A DNA stretch of 64,000 bases from a virus. The stretch spans positions 1 through 64,000 of the IMG/VR virus record IMGVR_UViG_3300006982_000001. The stretch is one strand, 5' to 3'. Under the pieces are notes generated by a model that saw only the letters and a program-made list of their open reading frames with translations, had not been told where the DNA came from and made no database searches. This document shows positions 15,683 through 24,156 of this stretch, one piece after another; position 1 is the stretch's first letter, and the number at the start of each line of letters is the position of its first letter. A program made the position numbers and the translations under genes.

Positions 15683-15971
15683 GGACAAACCGTGGACGGA
15701 CTACGACCGTCTGCTCGAGCTGGAGGAGAAGCACGACACCGATCGGGCGGCTGCTGACGAACTCGGCTGCCACCCGAACACCTACCGGAAGCACCTGAAG
15801 CGTGCTCACGAGCAGGCCGACGACGTCCTCGAGGAACCGGAGGACGATGAGCCGGAGGAACTCGGTCCGGAGATCTGTGTACGGTGCGAGGAGAATCAGA
15901 CGCCGGGCGGAGCACAGAGTGCGAACCAGATGTGTGACGACTGTCTGGACGAGGTGAGGCACGGTGAGTGA
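15675..15971 (+). CDS. Hypothetical HTH/zinc-binding protein
   Basis: AAADELGCHPNTYRKHLKRA; CVRCE...CDDC. Confidence 0.5.
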   Translation: MSEDKPWTDYDRLLELEEKHDTDRAAADELGCHPNTYRKHLKRAHEQADDVLEEPEDDEPEELGPEICVRCEENQTPGGAQSANQMCDDCLDEVRHGE

Positions 15972-16248
15972 CTACGATGAGGGAGAGGTCTTCGAGATCA
16001 ATTGGAGGGTACACGGGCACGCTAACGCCGCTCTAATCGCCTACTATCACCAGCGCATCGACGTCTTCCTCCACCGCTGGGAAGACACGGGTGAGTGGTG
16101 CCTACTCGCCGATCAGAGCTGGTTAGATGAGCACGAGGACGGAGACGGCTCGGAGTCTGCTGAGTACGTCAGAGCCTACGTGGAGGGAGTCTCTGTCGAT
16201 CCTGACGACGTCTTCGCTCATCCCCGAATCGACCCCGTCGAGGAATGA
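15964..16248 (+). CDS. Hypothetical protein (GTG start)
   Basis: GTG overlapping upstream end; stop abuts the promoter 12-mer. Confidence 0.45.
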   Translation: MSDYDEGEVFEINWRVHGHANAALIAYYHQRIDVFLHRWEDTGEWCLLADQSWLDEHEDGDGSESAEYVRAYVEGVSVDPDDVFAHPRIDPVEE

Positions 16249-16259
16249 ATAGATTTATA
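16248..16259 (+). promoter_or_regulatory. BRE/TATA promoter core
   Basis: AATAGATTTATA; 33 nt to ATG 16287. Confidence 0.6.
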
Positions 16260-16286
16260 CTCATAGGAGGGAAAGCATAGGATGCG

Positions 16287-16832
16287 ATGGTAGAAGATAC
16301 AGACATCGGACTCGGATACCGGGTCCGGGATACGATCAGCGGCTACGAAGGCATCGTCACGGACATAGGAACGCATCTGACGGGCTGTACGCGCTTCGGA
16401 GTGATGCCCGACAGTCACGAGGATCCCACTCGACGAGGCGACACAGAGTTCTTCTACGGGGCTCAGCTGGAGATCCTGAGCGAGGACACGGACTACGCCG
16501 AAGACGCAGAGGACTCGATCACGGAGGTCGACTTCGATCTGGGTGACGTGGTCGAGGACGACGTCACCGGTTTCCGAGGAGTGGCCTCGACGATCACATA
16601 CAACCTCTACAACTGCCCGCGGGTGGCCGTCCAGCCACAGGTCGGCTCAGACACGATCCTACCGGGCGGAGACAGCGAGAACGACATCGATCGTGAGTGG
16701 TTCGATACCCCGCGCGTCGTCCGCGTGAACGAGGGTGTCTCGGCCGACTACGAGACGCTCATCAACGAGGGGACGGCTGCTGAGACGGGTGCTCCGGGTA
16801 CGGACGTCAGCCGAAAGGAGGACAAACGATGA
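16287..16832 (+). CDS. Hypothetical protein with internal tandem domain duplication
   Basis: GYRVRDTISGYEGIVTDIGTHLTGCTRFGVMP vs GDVVEDDVTGFRGVASTITYNLYNCPRVAVQP. Confidence 0.55.
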   Translation: MVEDTDIGLGYRVRDTISGYEGIVTDIGTHLTGCTRFGVMPDSHEDPTRRGDTEFFYGAQLEILSEDTDYAEDAEDSITEVDFDLGDVVEDDVTGFRGVASTITYNLYNCPRVAVQPQVGSDTILPGGDSENDIDREWFDTPRVVRVNEGVSADYETLINEGTAAETGAPGTDVSRKEDKR

Positions 16833-17155
16833 GCGACGACACCCGCCTCCCTGACATCGGTGGGATGGTCGAGTCCGTCGAGGACGTCCGAGAGTGTCTT
16901 CTCGAGCAGTTCAAGGCGACTGACGTGGACGTGAACACCTACGACGGAGACGTCTCGATCCGCCTCAACTTCCGCGGATTCGAGGGCTACGAGCCTGCTG
17001 TCGACAAGGTCACGGGAGTCGCGTCTACCTTCGAGGAGCATCCCGAGGTGGACGAGGTCGAGCTGAACGCGAGCACGTCCGGGATGTACGATCCCGAGGC
17101 CGACGAACACGACGAGCGCCCTGCTGGATGGGTGAGCGCCAAGATCGAGGGCTGA
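16829..17155 (+). CDS. Hypothetical acidic protein
   Basis: ATGA coupling. Confidence 0.5.
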   Translation: MSDDTRLPDIGGMVESVEDVRECLLEQFKATDVDVNTYDGDVSIRLNFRGFEGYEPAVDKVTGVASTFEEHPEVDEVELNASTSGMYDPEADEHDERPAGWVSAKIEG

Positions 17156-17157
17156 CG

Positions 17158-17475
17158 ATGGAGGAACTCACTGCCTTCCAACGAGACTGCCTCTACGTGA
17201 TCGCCGGGATGAACGAGGAGGAGCCGCACGGGCTGGGAGTCAAAGAAGCGCTCGAGGACTACCGAGTGGAGAAGATCAACCACGGGAGACTCTACCCGAA
17301 CCTCGACACCCTCGTCGACAAAGGGCTGGTCTCCAAAGGGGAGATCGATCGGCGGACGAACTACTACAAGCTCACACGCCGTGGACGTCGGGAGATCAAC
17401 GCGCGTCACGAGTGGGTGAACGAACAGGTCGAAGACGTCGACCACGTCGTCGCTCTCGAACAGGCAGACGACTGA
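17158..17475 (+). CDS. PadR-like winged-helix transcription regulator
   Basis: HGRLYPNLDTLVDKGLVSKGEIDRRTNYYKLTRRG. Confidence 0.65.
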   Translation: MEELTAFQRDCLYVIAGMNEEEPHGLGVKEALEDYRVEKINHGRLYPNLDTLVDKGLVSKGEIDRRTNYYKLTRRGRREINARHEWVNEQVEDVDHVVALEQADD

Positions 17476-17477
17476 CG

Positions 17478-17714
17478 ATGGCGTGGGAGGAGATCGCTCT
17501 CGCGCTGGCGAACACGACGCTGATCCTCCCGCTTCTCCCGACCCTGAGAGATGAGGAGAGCGCCGTCCCTCGGTGGACGTCCATCCCGACTGCGATCTGC
17601 CTGCTGGTGATCGGGACGAGCTACGTCTCTCTGGAGCTCTGGCTCGCAGCGACGAGCGCCTACGGTCAGACGATCTGTTGGGGAGCGATCGCCGCGTGGA
17701 GATCCACGGACTGA
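17478..17714 (+). CDS. Small membrane protein
   Basis: Two hydrophobic segments. Confidence 0.5.
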   Translation: MAWEEIALALANTTLILPLLPTLRDEESAVPRWTSIPTAICLLVIGTSYVSLELWLAATSAYGQTICWGAIAAWRSTD

Positions 17715-17716
17715 TG

Positions 17717-17728
17717 AATAGATTTATA
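17717..17728 (+). promoter_or_regulatory. BRE/TATA promoter core
   Basis: AATAGATTTATA; 47 nt to ATG 17770; leader ATGGAGGTGAACAGAAG. Confidence 0.6.
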
Positions 17729-17769
17729 TTCATAGGTTGTGTGGGTAGGAGTATGGAGGTGAACAGAAG

Positions 17770-17916
17770 ATGAGCTGCGCCTACTCCAGAGGAGTCTACC
17801 TCTGCCAGACGGACGTGATCGGAGTGGTGGCCGTACTGACCGTGATCGTCCTCGCGCTCGCTCTCGCATACTACATCGGACGAACCGGCTACCTGCGAGA
17901 GCAGATCCACGGATGA
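17770..17916 (+). CDS. Small single-TM protein (48 aa)
   Basis: VIGVVAVLTVIVLALALAYYI; ATGA overlap with 17913. Confidence 0.45.
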   Translation: MSCAYSRGVYLCQTDVIGVVAVLTVIVLALALAYYIGRTGYLREQIHG

Positions 17917-18137
17917 GCCTGATCGACAGCGCCGTGTCCCTCTGGACCGACTGGAGACTCTACGCGCTTCTCGGGATCCTCGGAGTCGGTCTCCTCACCG
18001 TCGACATCGCCGCCACCGTCCTCCCCGCCCACCAGCTCCTCGTTGGACTGATCGGCGGCTACCTCATCTCCGAACTCACGACAGGATTTGCCGACGTGTA
18101 CGGACGACCGGGTCACGGTGAAGATCGTGATGAGTAG
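17913..18137 (+). CDS. Small membrane protein (2 TM)
   Basis: LYALLGILGVGLLTV, LLVGLIGGYLI. Confidence 0.5.
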   Translation: MSLIDSAVSLWTDWRLYALLGILGVGLLTVDIAATVLPAHQLLVGLIGGYLISELTTGFADVYGRPGHGEDRDE

Positions 18138-18409
18138 GTAGATCGAGAGTATAAGATCTTTTTAAGTGGAGACCCCTCCAGACGAGTCCACACCAGAGGG
18201 ACACCTCAGCCCCGCATACAGAGCCGATACAGGAGAGACTACACGGGGCAAACAGGGGGCAATCAGGGCTCTTAGGGTACCCGCTCACGGCGGGCGGGCG
18301 CGGGTTGGTAAAAGTTGTCGCTCTTGCTCAGGTGGAGAGGAGCGCCTGAGAGCCTGTCTACGGCAGGAGTTGGTGAGAGCGTGTCCTGCTCAGACGCGCC
18401 GGCGTCGGT

Positions 18410-18423
18410 TCGGTTTCACCGGT
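18410..18423. repeat. 14-bp direct repeat copy 1 (TCGGTTTCACCGGT)
   Basis: Identical copy at 18463..18476 within a 385-bp non-coding region. Confidence 0.8.
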
Positions 18424-18462
18424 TCACCACCCTGAACAGAGGCCGATCTGGGGGTGGTCGAG

Positions 18463-18476
18463 TCGGTTTCACCGGT
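18463..18476. repeat. 14-bp direct repeat copy 2 (TCGGTTTCACCGGT)
   Basis: 53 bp downstream of copy 1. Confidence 0.8.
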
Positions 18477-18522
18477 CGATATCCGGCAGAGTTTAGGAGT
18501 CAGGTTTCTACACACTAATCGG

Positions 18523-18978
18523 ATGGAATACGACCCAGCCTACACCGAAGACGACGTCAGGATGATCGTCGACGAAGCGCTGAAACTCGTCGATAGAAAC
18601 ACTCACAAGTTCGATTGGCGTCAGTTCAAGGACCTCAAAGAGGTGCAGTTCGATAACCAAATAGGCATCTGGCTGAACGATTTCCGTACCGGTGTGTCCT
18701 CGGAGGGTGGAGAAAGCAGAAAGTTACCCACCGAGGCTGAGGAGCTGCTGGATGAGATGGGCGATGAAGAGATCGTGCGGGCGCTGAATCGGGAGCGTGC
18801 TCTGTCGACGTCCTCGAATGGACGTCCCTCGAAGGTAGACGAGTGGGTGGAGCGGATCACGAACGGCGAAGCTGAGCTCGAGGACATCGACGTCGGGACG
18901 GTGTCTGACGGGGCTGATATGAGTCGGAAGACCTTCTACAAGCTCCGTGACCGCGTCGAAGGATCCGGAGAAGATTAA
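18523..18978 (+). CDS. Hypothetical protein
   Basis: First ATG of ORF 18454 after the repeat region; C-terminal SRKTFYKLRDRV. Confidence 0.5.
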   Translation: MEYDPAYTEDDVRMIVDEALKLVDRNTHKFDWRQFKDLKEVQFDNQIGIWLNDFRTGVSSEGGESRKLPTEAEELLDEMGDEEIVRALNRERALSTSSNGRPSKVDEWVERITNGEAELEDIDVGTVSDGADMSRKTFYKLRDRVEGSGED

Positions 18979-19014
18979 TCGCTCCCGTCTACGTCAGCTC
19001 CTCACAGAGCCTCT

Positions 19015-19218
19015 ATGGGAGATCAAATCGGCAGCCATCTGAAGCAGCTGGAGGAACGGGCCGGGATCGCTATGCAGGAGCTGCGGGCGATGGACGCGGG
19101 CGATATGGACGGGGTCACTGAGCACTGCTACGGGGACTTCGATAACGAGGCGTGGCTCTCCGAGGAGCTGTCAGAGCTGGGCGACCGGTTCGATCGGCTC
19201 GAGGACACTCAGCCATAG
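19015..19218 (+). CDS. Hypothetical acidic protein
   Basis: Acidic GC3-rich ORF. Confidence 0.5.
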   Translation: MGDQIGSHLKQLEERAGIAMQELRAMDAGDMDGVTEHCYGDFDNEAWLSEELSELGDRFDRLEDTQP

Positions 19219-19229
19219 ACCTCGAAACC

Positions 19230-19241
19230 AATAGATTTATA
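19230..19241 (+). promoter_or_regulatory. BRE/TATA promoter core
   Basis: AATAGATTTATA; 45 nt to ATG 19281; leader GTAGATGAGGACAACGGAACT. Confidence 0.65.
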
Positions 19242-19280
19242 CCCATAGCACTCCTCTGTGTAGATGAGGACAACGGAACT

Positions 19281-19652
19281 ATGAACGAAACCACGCTCAA
19301 CTACGACAGCATCAACCCGCGCGACGTCATCGGCTACACCGTCTTCAACTGCGACAGCGGTATGGGAGCCGGCGAGGTCGTCGCGATGACCCGGATCGAG
19401 GAAGAGGCTCACTTCGTCTGTGACGTCGGTGGACGCACGGTCAACCGTCCCGTCGAGCAGGTGATGACGCAGCTCCGCGAGCACGGATACGACCTCTGTA
19501 CCGAGGCGTGGGACCCCATCGAGGAGCTCCCGTCCTCCGGAGACGTCGAGGCAGAGATCGCCGACCGCGCTCACGAGAGCTGGGCACGCCTCGCTGACGA
19601 GTTCGGTCTGACCGAGGACGTCGTCCGATCGATCATCACGGGGTCGGCCTGA
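19281..19652 (+). CDS. Hypothetical protein (MNE leader class)
   Basis: ATGAACGAAACC start shared with 54097. Confidence 0.55.
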   Translation: MNETTLNYDSINPRDVIGYTVFNCDSGMGAGEVVAMTRIEEEAHFVCDVGGRTVNRPVEQVMTQLREHGYDLCTEAWDPIEELPSSGDVEAEIADRAHESWARLADEFGLTEDVVRSIITGSA

Positions 19653-19816
19653 TGAGCACCACCGACGACGCCTTCGACGGACTGACAGAGCGAGAAGTGC
19701 GCGCGCGTCTGGAGGGAGAGCTGGACGAGCTACGAGCCGACGGAGCCCGAGAGTGCGTCCTCCAAGACGTCCTCTTCGAGCTCGCCAACGAGACCGCCGC
19801 AGCGAGGTGGGACTGA
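19652..19816 (+). CDS. Hypothetical protein (54 aa)
   Basis: TGATG coupling both ends; below cutoff. Confidence 0.4.
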   Translation: MSTTDDAFDGLTEREVRARLEGELDELRADGARECVLQDVLFELANETAAARWD

Positions 19817-20049
19817 TGACCGACGCCGGCCGTCGACGCCTCGAAGACCTCGACGAGCGCGCCGTCCACGCCGCCACAGAGCTGCAAGGAATGGCCGACG
19901 ACGAACTCGCCGAGCAAACCCGCATCGCCGGTCAGGACTTCGACCACCGGGAGTGGATGGAGGCAGAGCTGCAGGAGACGATGGCCGAGCGAGAACGGAC
20001 GCTGGACGTGGTCACCGTGCTGGGCGGAGCCACCTACGAGCAGCCCTGA
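19816..20049 (+). CDS. Hypothetical acidic protein
   Basis: Coupled start; acidic. Confidence 0.5.
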   Translation: MTDAGRRRLEDLDERAVHAATELQGMADDELAEQTRIAGQDFDHREWMEAELQETMAERERTLDVVTVLGGATYEQP

Positions 20050-20160
20050 GGGGAGGGGGGTTAGGCAACGGGCCGCCGATCATCTCGAGGGGGGTTCTCT
20101 GCGGTTCTGAGTCTGTGAAAACGCGATCGGGGGCTCTTCATCGCATCTGCCGATTTTTCA

Positions 20161-20186
20161 CAAACCCGGATTTTGGCAAACCCGGA
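20161..20186. repeat. Direct repeat CAAACCCGGA x2 just upstream of a promoter
   Basis: 20161..20170 and 20177..20186. Confidence 0.7.
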
Positions 20187-20197
20187 ATCCGCTTACC

Positions 20198-20209
20198 TAA
20201 AGATTTATA
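20198..20209 (+). promoter_or_regulatory. BRE/TATA promoter core
   Basis: TAAAGATTTATA; 31 nt to ATG 20235. Confidence 0.6.
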
Positions 20210-20234
20210 TTCATAGGTACTCACTCTCCTTCGT

Positions 20235-20420
20235 ATGAGCACTGAGACAGCCGACGAGTGTGGAGCAGAGTTGAACGGACTGACGTGTCACCGGGATGTG
20301 GGACACGGCGGGCGGCATCAGGCGGACGCGTTCGAGGACGACGGTCACCACGATCTGCAGATTGTCGAGTGGTGGAGCATCAAGCCGAACGGGGATCCGG
20401 TGGAGGACGATGGTGCGTGA
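20235..20420 (+). CDS. Hypothetical His-rich small protein
   Basis: CHRDVGHGGRHQ...DDGHHD. Confidence 0.5.
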   Translation: MSTETADECGAELNGLTCHRDVGHGGRHQADAFEDDGHHDLQIVEWWSIKPNGDPVEDDGA

Positions 20421-21192
20421 GGTAGACGGGATCTACGTGGACGAGTTTCACTGTCCGCAGAACCTTCAGTCCTTCTGGTGGAATCGGCTTCGGAAGCTCG
20501 ACGGCGTCCCTGTCCCGACGACCTATGGAGTGGAGCTGGACGACAACGACGAGCCATCCTATGAGTATATCCTCAAGGTGATGAACCACGAGGGCTGGGA
20601 CCGGGCGTTCATCCGGGGAGACTCGTTCTCCGATAAGGTCAACCCGCGTACCGGCTCCGTAATTCGGGAGGCTGATCCGAGCGAGATCCGTCGGACGGTG
20701 GAGACGCTCACGAACCATCTGATCAACCATATGGACACGCCGATGGGCGAGGCCGTCTTCGTCCGGGAGTGGTTGGATCTGGACTACTGCTCTCGTCCTC
20801 GTGAGTGTACGAACTGGCATCCGACGGAGCTCCGGTTCATCGTGGAGGGCGGTGAGATCCAGTCAGTGAATCCGTCTCTGGAGACACTCGAGGAGCTGAA
20901 CAGGGCGCACGAGTGTACCTACGACTATCTCCGGGATCGGCTGACGGAGTCGGATCTGTCGGAGCCGTGGGAGCACGCGAGGACTGTCGCTGAGGAGTTC
21001 GACGAGTGGGCGTGGCACGTCGATTTCTGTCTGACGACGTCCCTCGAGTGGTACTGTATCGATATGGGCCTGAACGGCGTGTATTGGGACGAGGAGTCGT
21101 CTGAGTGGACGGTGATGACGGGGCAGCCGGAGTCCCTCGAGGAGCAGATGCTGGCGAAGGCTGATCAAGTTCTGGAACCTCGAGACCAATAG
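20410..21192 (+). CDS. Hypothetical protein, possibly ATP-grasp-like
   Basis: AFIRGDSFSDK, VFVREWL, RFIVEGGEI, WHVDFCLT...YCIDMGLNG loosely follow ATP-grasp strand order; weak. Confidence 0.35.
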   Translation: MVREVDGIYVDEFHCPQNLQSFWWNRLRKLDGVPVPTTYGVELDDNDEPSYEYILKVMNHEGWDRAFIRGDSFSDKVNPRTGSVIREADPSEIRRTVETLTNHLINHMDTPMGEAVFVREWLDLDYCSRPRECTNWHPTELRFIVEGGEIQSVNPSLETLEELNRAHECTYDYLRDRLTESDLSEPWEHARTVAEEFDEWAWHVDFCLTTSLEWYCIDMGLNGVYWDEESSEWTVMTGQPESLEEQMLAKADQVLEPRDQ

Positions 21193-21199
21193 ATTTATA
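21188..21199 (+). promoter_or_regulatory. BRE/TATA promoter core
   Basis: AATAGATTTATA; its TAG is the stop of 20410..21192; 35 nt to ATG 21229. Confidence 0.6.
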
Positions 21200-21228
21200 C
21201 TTTTAGCGACTGACGTTCCGGGTGGACT

Positions 21229-21531
21229 ATGGAACAGATCCGTGTTATCACGACGGCGACTGTCCTCACGGTGCGATACAGCGTGGAGGACGCGCAGGAG
21301 GAAAGTGAGGTCGAGTACGAGGTCGAGGCGACGGATGTAGTCGGTCAGGACGTGGCGGGCTCGAGCGTCAAGCTCCAGATCTGGTCGCCGATCTCCCGGA
21401 CTGTCTTCGAGGACGTCCGCGACGAGATCGAGGACGGTGAGATGGACGTTACGGGGCTGATGGTGCCGGAGTACCTGCTCCCTGCCTACATCAACAACTA
21501 CGCCGACGAGCTGGAGGTCTATCCGCTATGA
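21229..21531 (+). CDS. Hypothetical acidic protein
   Basis: Acidic ORF. Confidence 0.55.
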   Translation: MEQIRVITTATVLTVRYSVEDAQEESEVEYEVEATDVVGQDVAGSSVKLQIWSPISRTVFEDVRDEIEDGEMDVTGLMVPEYLLPAYINNYADELEVYPL

Positions 21532-21674
21532 GCACGACGGAGTCCTCGGAGACCGGCCCAGAGGAGTACCGGTGTCAGTCGTGTGGTGACGTCCTCGATA
21601 TCGTGGGACTGATCGAGCACGACTGCGAGGCTGTCCTCTCGGCAGAGGAGCTCTCGTCGCGGAGGTCGACAACA
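21528..21674 (+). CDS. Small zinc-binding protein, 3' end undefined (no in-frame stop before 22400)
   Basis: MSTTESSETGPEEYRCQSCGDVL...HDCEAVLSAEEL then frame becomes Arg-rich; -1 frame ends VAEVDNR* in ATGA overlap with 21676. Confidence 0.4.
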
Positions 21675-21675
21675 G

Positions 21676-21900
21676 ATGAAAGATCGCTACAAAGAGCTGA
21701 TGCGGCGGTCGTTCGGAGACGCCGTCTCGCTGGCCGACGACTTCGAGGAGGAGTACGGGCTACCGGTCACGGACGATATGCTGGTGAATATGGGGATGGC
21801 CCTCTACCAGCACCGCGTCCGGAACTACGAGATGAAGAAGGCCGAGATGAAGTCCGGTGCTCAATTCCCCGAGGGATCTCCGGACGCTGGGAGGTACTGA
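21676..21900 (+). CDS. Hypothetical protein
   Basis: MKDRYKELMRRSFGDAVSLADDFEEEYG...; protein-like composition versus Arg-rich overlapping frame. Confidence 0.55.
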   Translation: MKDRYKELMRRSFGDAVSLADDFEEEYGLPVTDDMLVNMGMALYQHRVRNYEMKKAEMKSGAQFPEGSPDAGRY

Positions 21901-22400
21901 TGGACTTCAACGACACCAAGACGTCCGAGCGACCGGGTACGATGGTCGACGATCTGGAGCCATACGAGAAGTGGGATCTGGTGGCGTGGCCGAAGCCCGG
22001 TTACTCAGGTGACGAGTTCGAACAGGTCTTCGATCGTCTTCGGACGCCTCACATCAACGGGCAGCCGATGCGCGTCGGCTACGTCCAGAAGGTCACCGAA
22101 CACTCCGTCCACGTCCTCGAGGCTGAACCGACTCGATTCGGTGAGGAGAGAGTCCGAGACCCGAGTTTTCAGCACGCGACTCCTGTCCCGAAAGAGGAGA
22201 TCGTGGCGAAGAAGGAGAGGGAGCACAACCCGCGGTATCAGCGCGAGAAGAAGAAGCGAGAGGAGCAGCGACGTCACCGTCAGGCGAATCTGGAGTGGCG
22301 AGAGCTGCCGACGTGGAAGCGGTGGACGTTGTTCCTCACGGGGGCGAAGTACGATTGGATTCACAACCGAGTCACTCAGATCAAGGAGAACGAAGAATGA
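21900..22400 (+). CDS. Hypothetical protein with basic C-terminal region
   Basis: ATG overlaps upstream TGA; KKEREHNPRYQREKKKREEQRRHRQ. Confidence 0.55.
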   Translation: MDFNDTKTSERPGTMVDDLEPYEKWDLVAWPKPGYSGDEFEQVFDRLRTPHINGQPMRVGYVQKVTEHSVHVLEAEPTRFGEERVRDPSFQHATPVPKEEIVAKKEREHNPRYQREKKKREEQRRHRQANLEWRELPTWKRWTLFLTGAKYDWIHNRVTQIKENEE

Positions 22401-23227
22401 AATACGTAGATGCAGAGGCGATGGCCGAGGAACTGACCGACGATGAGAAAGACGATTACGCGATCTGGCTGTCCTCCGAGGATCAGCATCGCGTCTACGA
22501 CGACGCAGATCCGATCCGGCACAACCACCCGGACGATGGCGTCAAGGGCGTGGAGCTTCGGGGCGATTCAGAGATCACGTCACCCCAGCTCCTGCCGAAG
22601 GACGTGGAGGACATCCCGGACGACGTCACCCTCCACGATCCACCACTTCAGCTCGTTCAGCAGTTGATCGAGCCGACCCGCAAGAACGTCGACCGACCGG
22701 GATTCGAGCAGGTGATCTTCCGCGACCGGCTGTTCTACGAGGTGGAGAAGGTCGAGTACCGCTTCGCTCTGGATGCAATCGAGGACGTTATGCGGCTCGG
22801 AGAGCTGCGTGAGATCTTCTCTCAGGCGAAGGAGGGTCGATGGACGATGGAACTATCGGACCAGAACGAACTCGTCTTCTGGCGCGCTCCAGAGCCGGGA
22901 ACGGAATACACAGATCAGCAGATCGTGTTCAAGCTGGACGCGACGAGCGAGCGTGATATGGACATCGACGATATGCTCGAGCACGTTCGCCTGATCGACC
23001 AGCTCGCCACCTACGGTCTGGAGGGGATCGATGGTGAGCAGCGAATGGAGATCACGGAGCGGATCGAGCGGCACGTCCAAGACGACCAGCCTGTCCAGAT
23101 GGTAGAGAACTCCGAGGATGCGCTGGAGGATAGCCTCACCTTTGAGACGGAGGAGGACGAAGTCGTGATAGGTGAGCAAATCGTCACTCTTGGTGGTCTC
23201 TATATGACGAAAACGCCGGATGCGTAA
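22397..23227 (+). CDS. Hypothetical acidic protein (276 aa)
   Basis: ATGA coupling. Confidence 0.6.
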   Translation: MKYVDAEAMAEELTDDEKDDYAIWLSSEDQHRVYDDADPIRHNHPDDGVKGVELRGDSEITSPQLLPKDVEDIPDDVTLHDPPLQLVQQLIEPTRKNVDRPGFEQVIFRDRLFYEVEKVEYRFALDAIEDVMRLGELREIFSQAKEGRWTMELSDQNELVFWRAPEPGTEYTDQQIVFKLDATSERDMDIDDMLEHVRLIDQLATYGLEGIDGEQRMEITERIERHVQDDQPVQMVENSEDALEDSLTFETEEDEVVIGEQIVTLGGLYMTKTPDA

Positions 23228-23360
23228 TGAGGTAATCTGCATCCTCTGTCGGGAGTACGTCCACCACGACAACGCCGTACCGGGACCGGGGAGCTACCCT
23301 GTTCACGAGTCCTGCCTGTATGGTCCTTCGGCGACTCCGTCGGAGGGTAGGTACATATAG
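23220..23360 (+). CDS. Small Cys/His-containing protein (46 aa)
   Basis: CILCREYVHH...HESC; stop abuts the promoter core (motif starts 23356). Confidence 0.35.
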   Translation: MRNEVICILCREYVHHDNAVPGPGSYPVHESCLYGPSATPSEGRYI

Positions 23361-23367
23361 ATTTATA
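23356..23367 (+). promoter_or_regulatory. BRE/TATA promoter core
   Basis: TATAGATTTATA; 31 nt to ATG 23393. Confidence 0.6.
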
Positions 23368-23392
23368 CGGACTGACGTCCGAAGACCTGTAG

Positions 23393-23881
23393 ATGCTTCT
23401 TAGCGACAAGACGATCGACCGTCTGCTCGAGGCTGGTGACATCGTCGTGGAACCGGAGATCACTGACGAGCAACTCCAGCCCGCGTCTCTGGACGTCCGT
23501 CTGGGCTCTGAGCTCTACGACATCGACGCTGACCGGCTCTACGAGGGCGAGTGGCCGGGAACGGTCACCGTCGAGCCTCACACGCCGTACATCGGGCACA
23601 CGCACGACAGGATCGAGCTCCCGGACGACATCGCCGCGATGCTGACAGGGCGAAGTACGTATGGCCGACTGTTCGTCACCGTCCATCAGACAGCGGGGTG
23701 GTTGGATCCGGGCTTCGAGGGTCAGATAACTCTGGAGATCTTCAACTTCAGCGATGAGCCGATCGAGATCCCTGTTGAGGAGCGAGTGGGGCAGCTCGTC
23801 TTCTTCGAGCTCGACCAACCGTCCTCCGGGTACGAGGGACGCTATCAAGGACAGGAGGGCATCGCTACCAGCCGTGAGTGA
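23393..23881 (+). CDS. dcd: dCTP deaminase
   Basis: MLLSDKTIDRLL...SLDVRLG...GRSTYGRLFV...AGWLDPGFEGQITLEIFN. Confidence 0.85.
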   Translation: MLLSDKTIDRLLEAGDIVVEPEITDEQLQPASLDVRLGSELYDIDADRLYEGEWPGTVTVEPHTPYIGHTHDRIELPDDIAAMLTGRSTYGRLFVTVHQTAGWLDPGFEGQITLEIFNFSDEPIEIPVEERVGQLVFFELDQPSSGYEGRYQGQEGIATSRE

Positions 23882-24107
23882 CGACGAGCTCCTCGACGAC
23901 ATCCTCGTCGAGAACGATCCAGAACTCCCAGAGGGAAAGGTCCTCGTCGCCAGCTCGAAGTCTGGTGGACAGCGGAAGTTTCACACCGACCCGGACTGTC
24001 AGTACGTCTCAGATCGTCATACGGAGTGGGATCGGGAGGAGGCAGAGGAGTGGGATCTGAAGAAGTGCTCGAAGTGCGATGGCACGAAGCCGACCGGTGG
24101 ATACTGA
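23874..24107 (+). CDS. Hypothetical protein (GTG start)
   Basis: GTG overlapping dcd end; CQYVS...CSKCDG. Confidence 0.45.
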   Translation: MSDDELLDDILVENDPELPEGKVLVASSKSGGQRKFHTDPDCQYVSDRHTEWDREEAEEWDLKKCSKCDGTKPTGGY

Positions 24108-24156
24108 TTGGTAGATCTGGAGAACTCTTTTGGACTCGCCGCGAGATGTCCTAAGT

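Noticed and set aside
18166-18518. Track ORFs 18166..18435 and 18315..18518.
   Set aside because: They are Arg/Gly/Ser-rich with no acidic bias and lie in a repeat- and hairpin-rich intergenic region.
21528-22400. Treating the 290-aa ORF as one protein.
   Set aside because: The middle third is Arg-rich off-frame sequence overlapping a better ORF (21676..21900). The last part has its own coupled ATG (21900).
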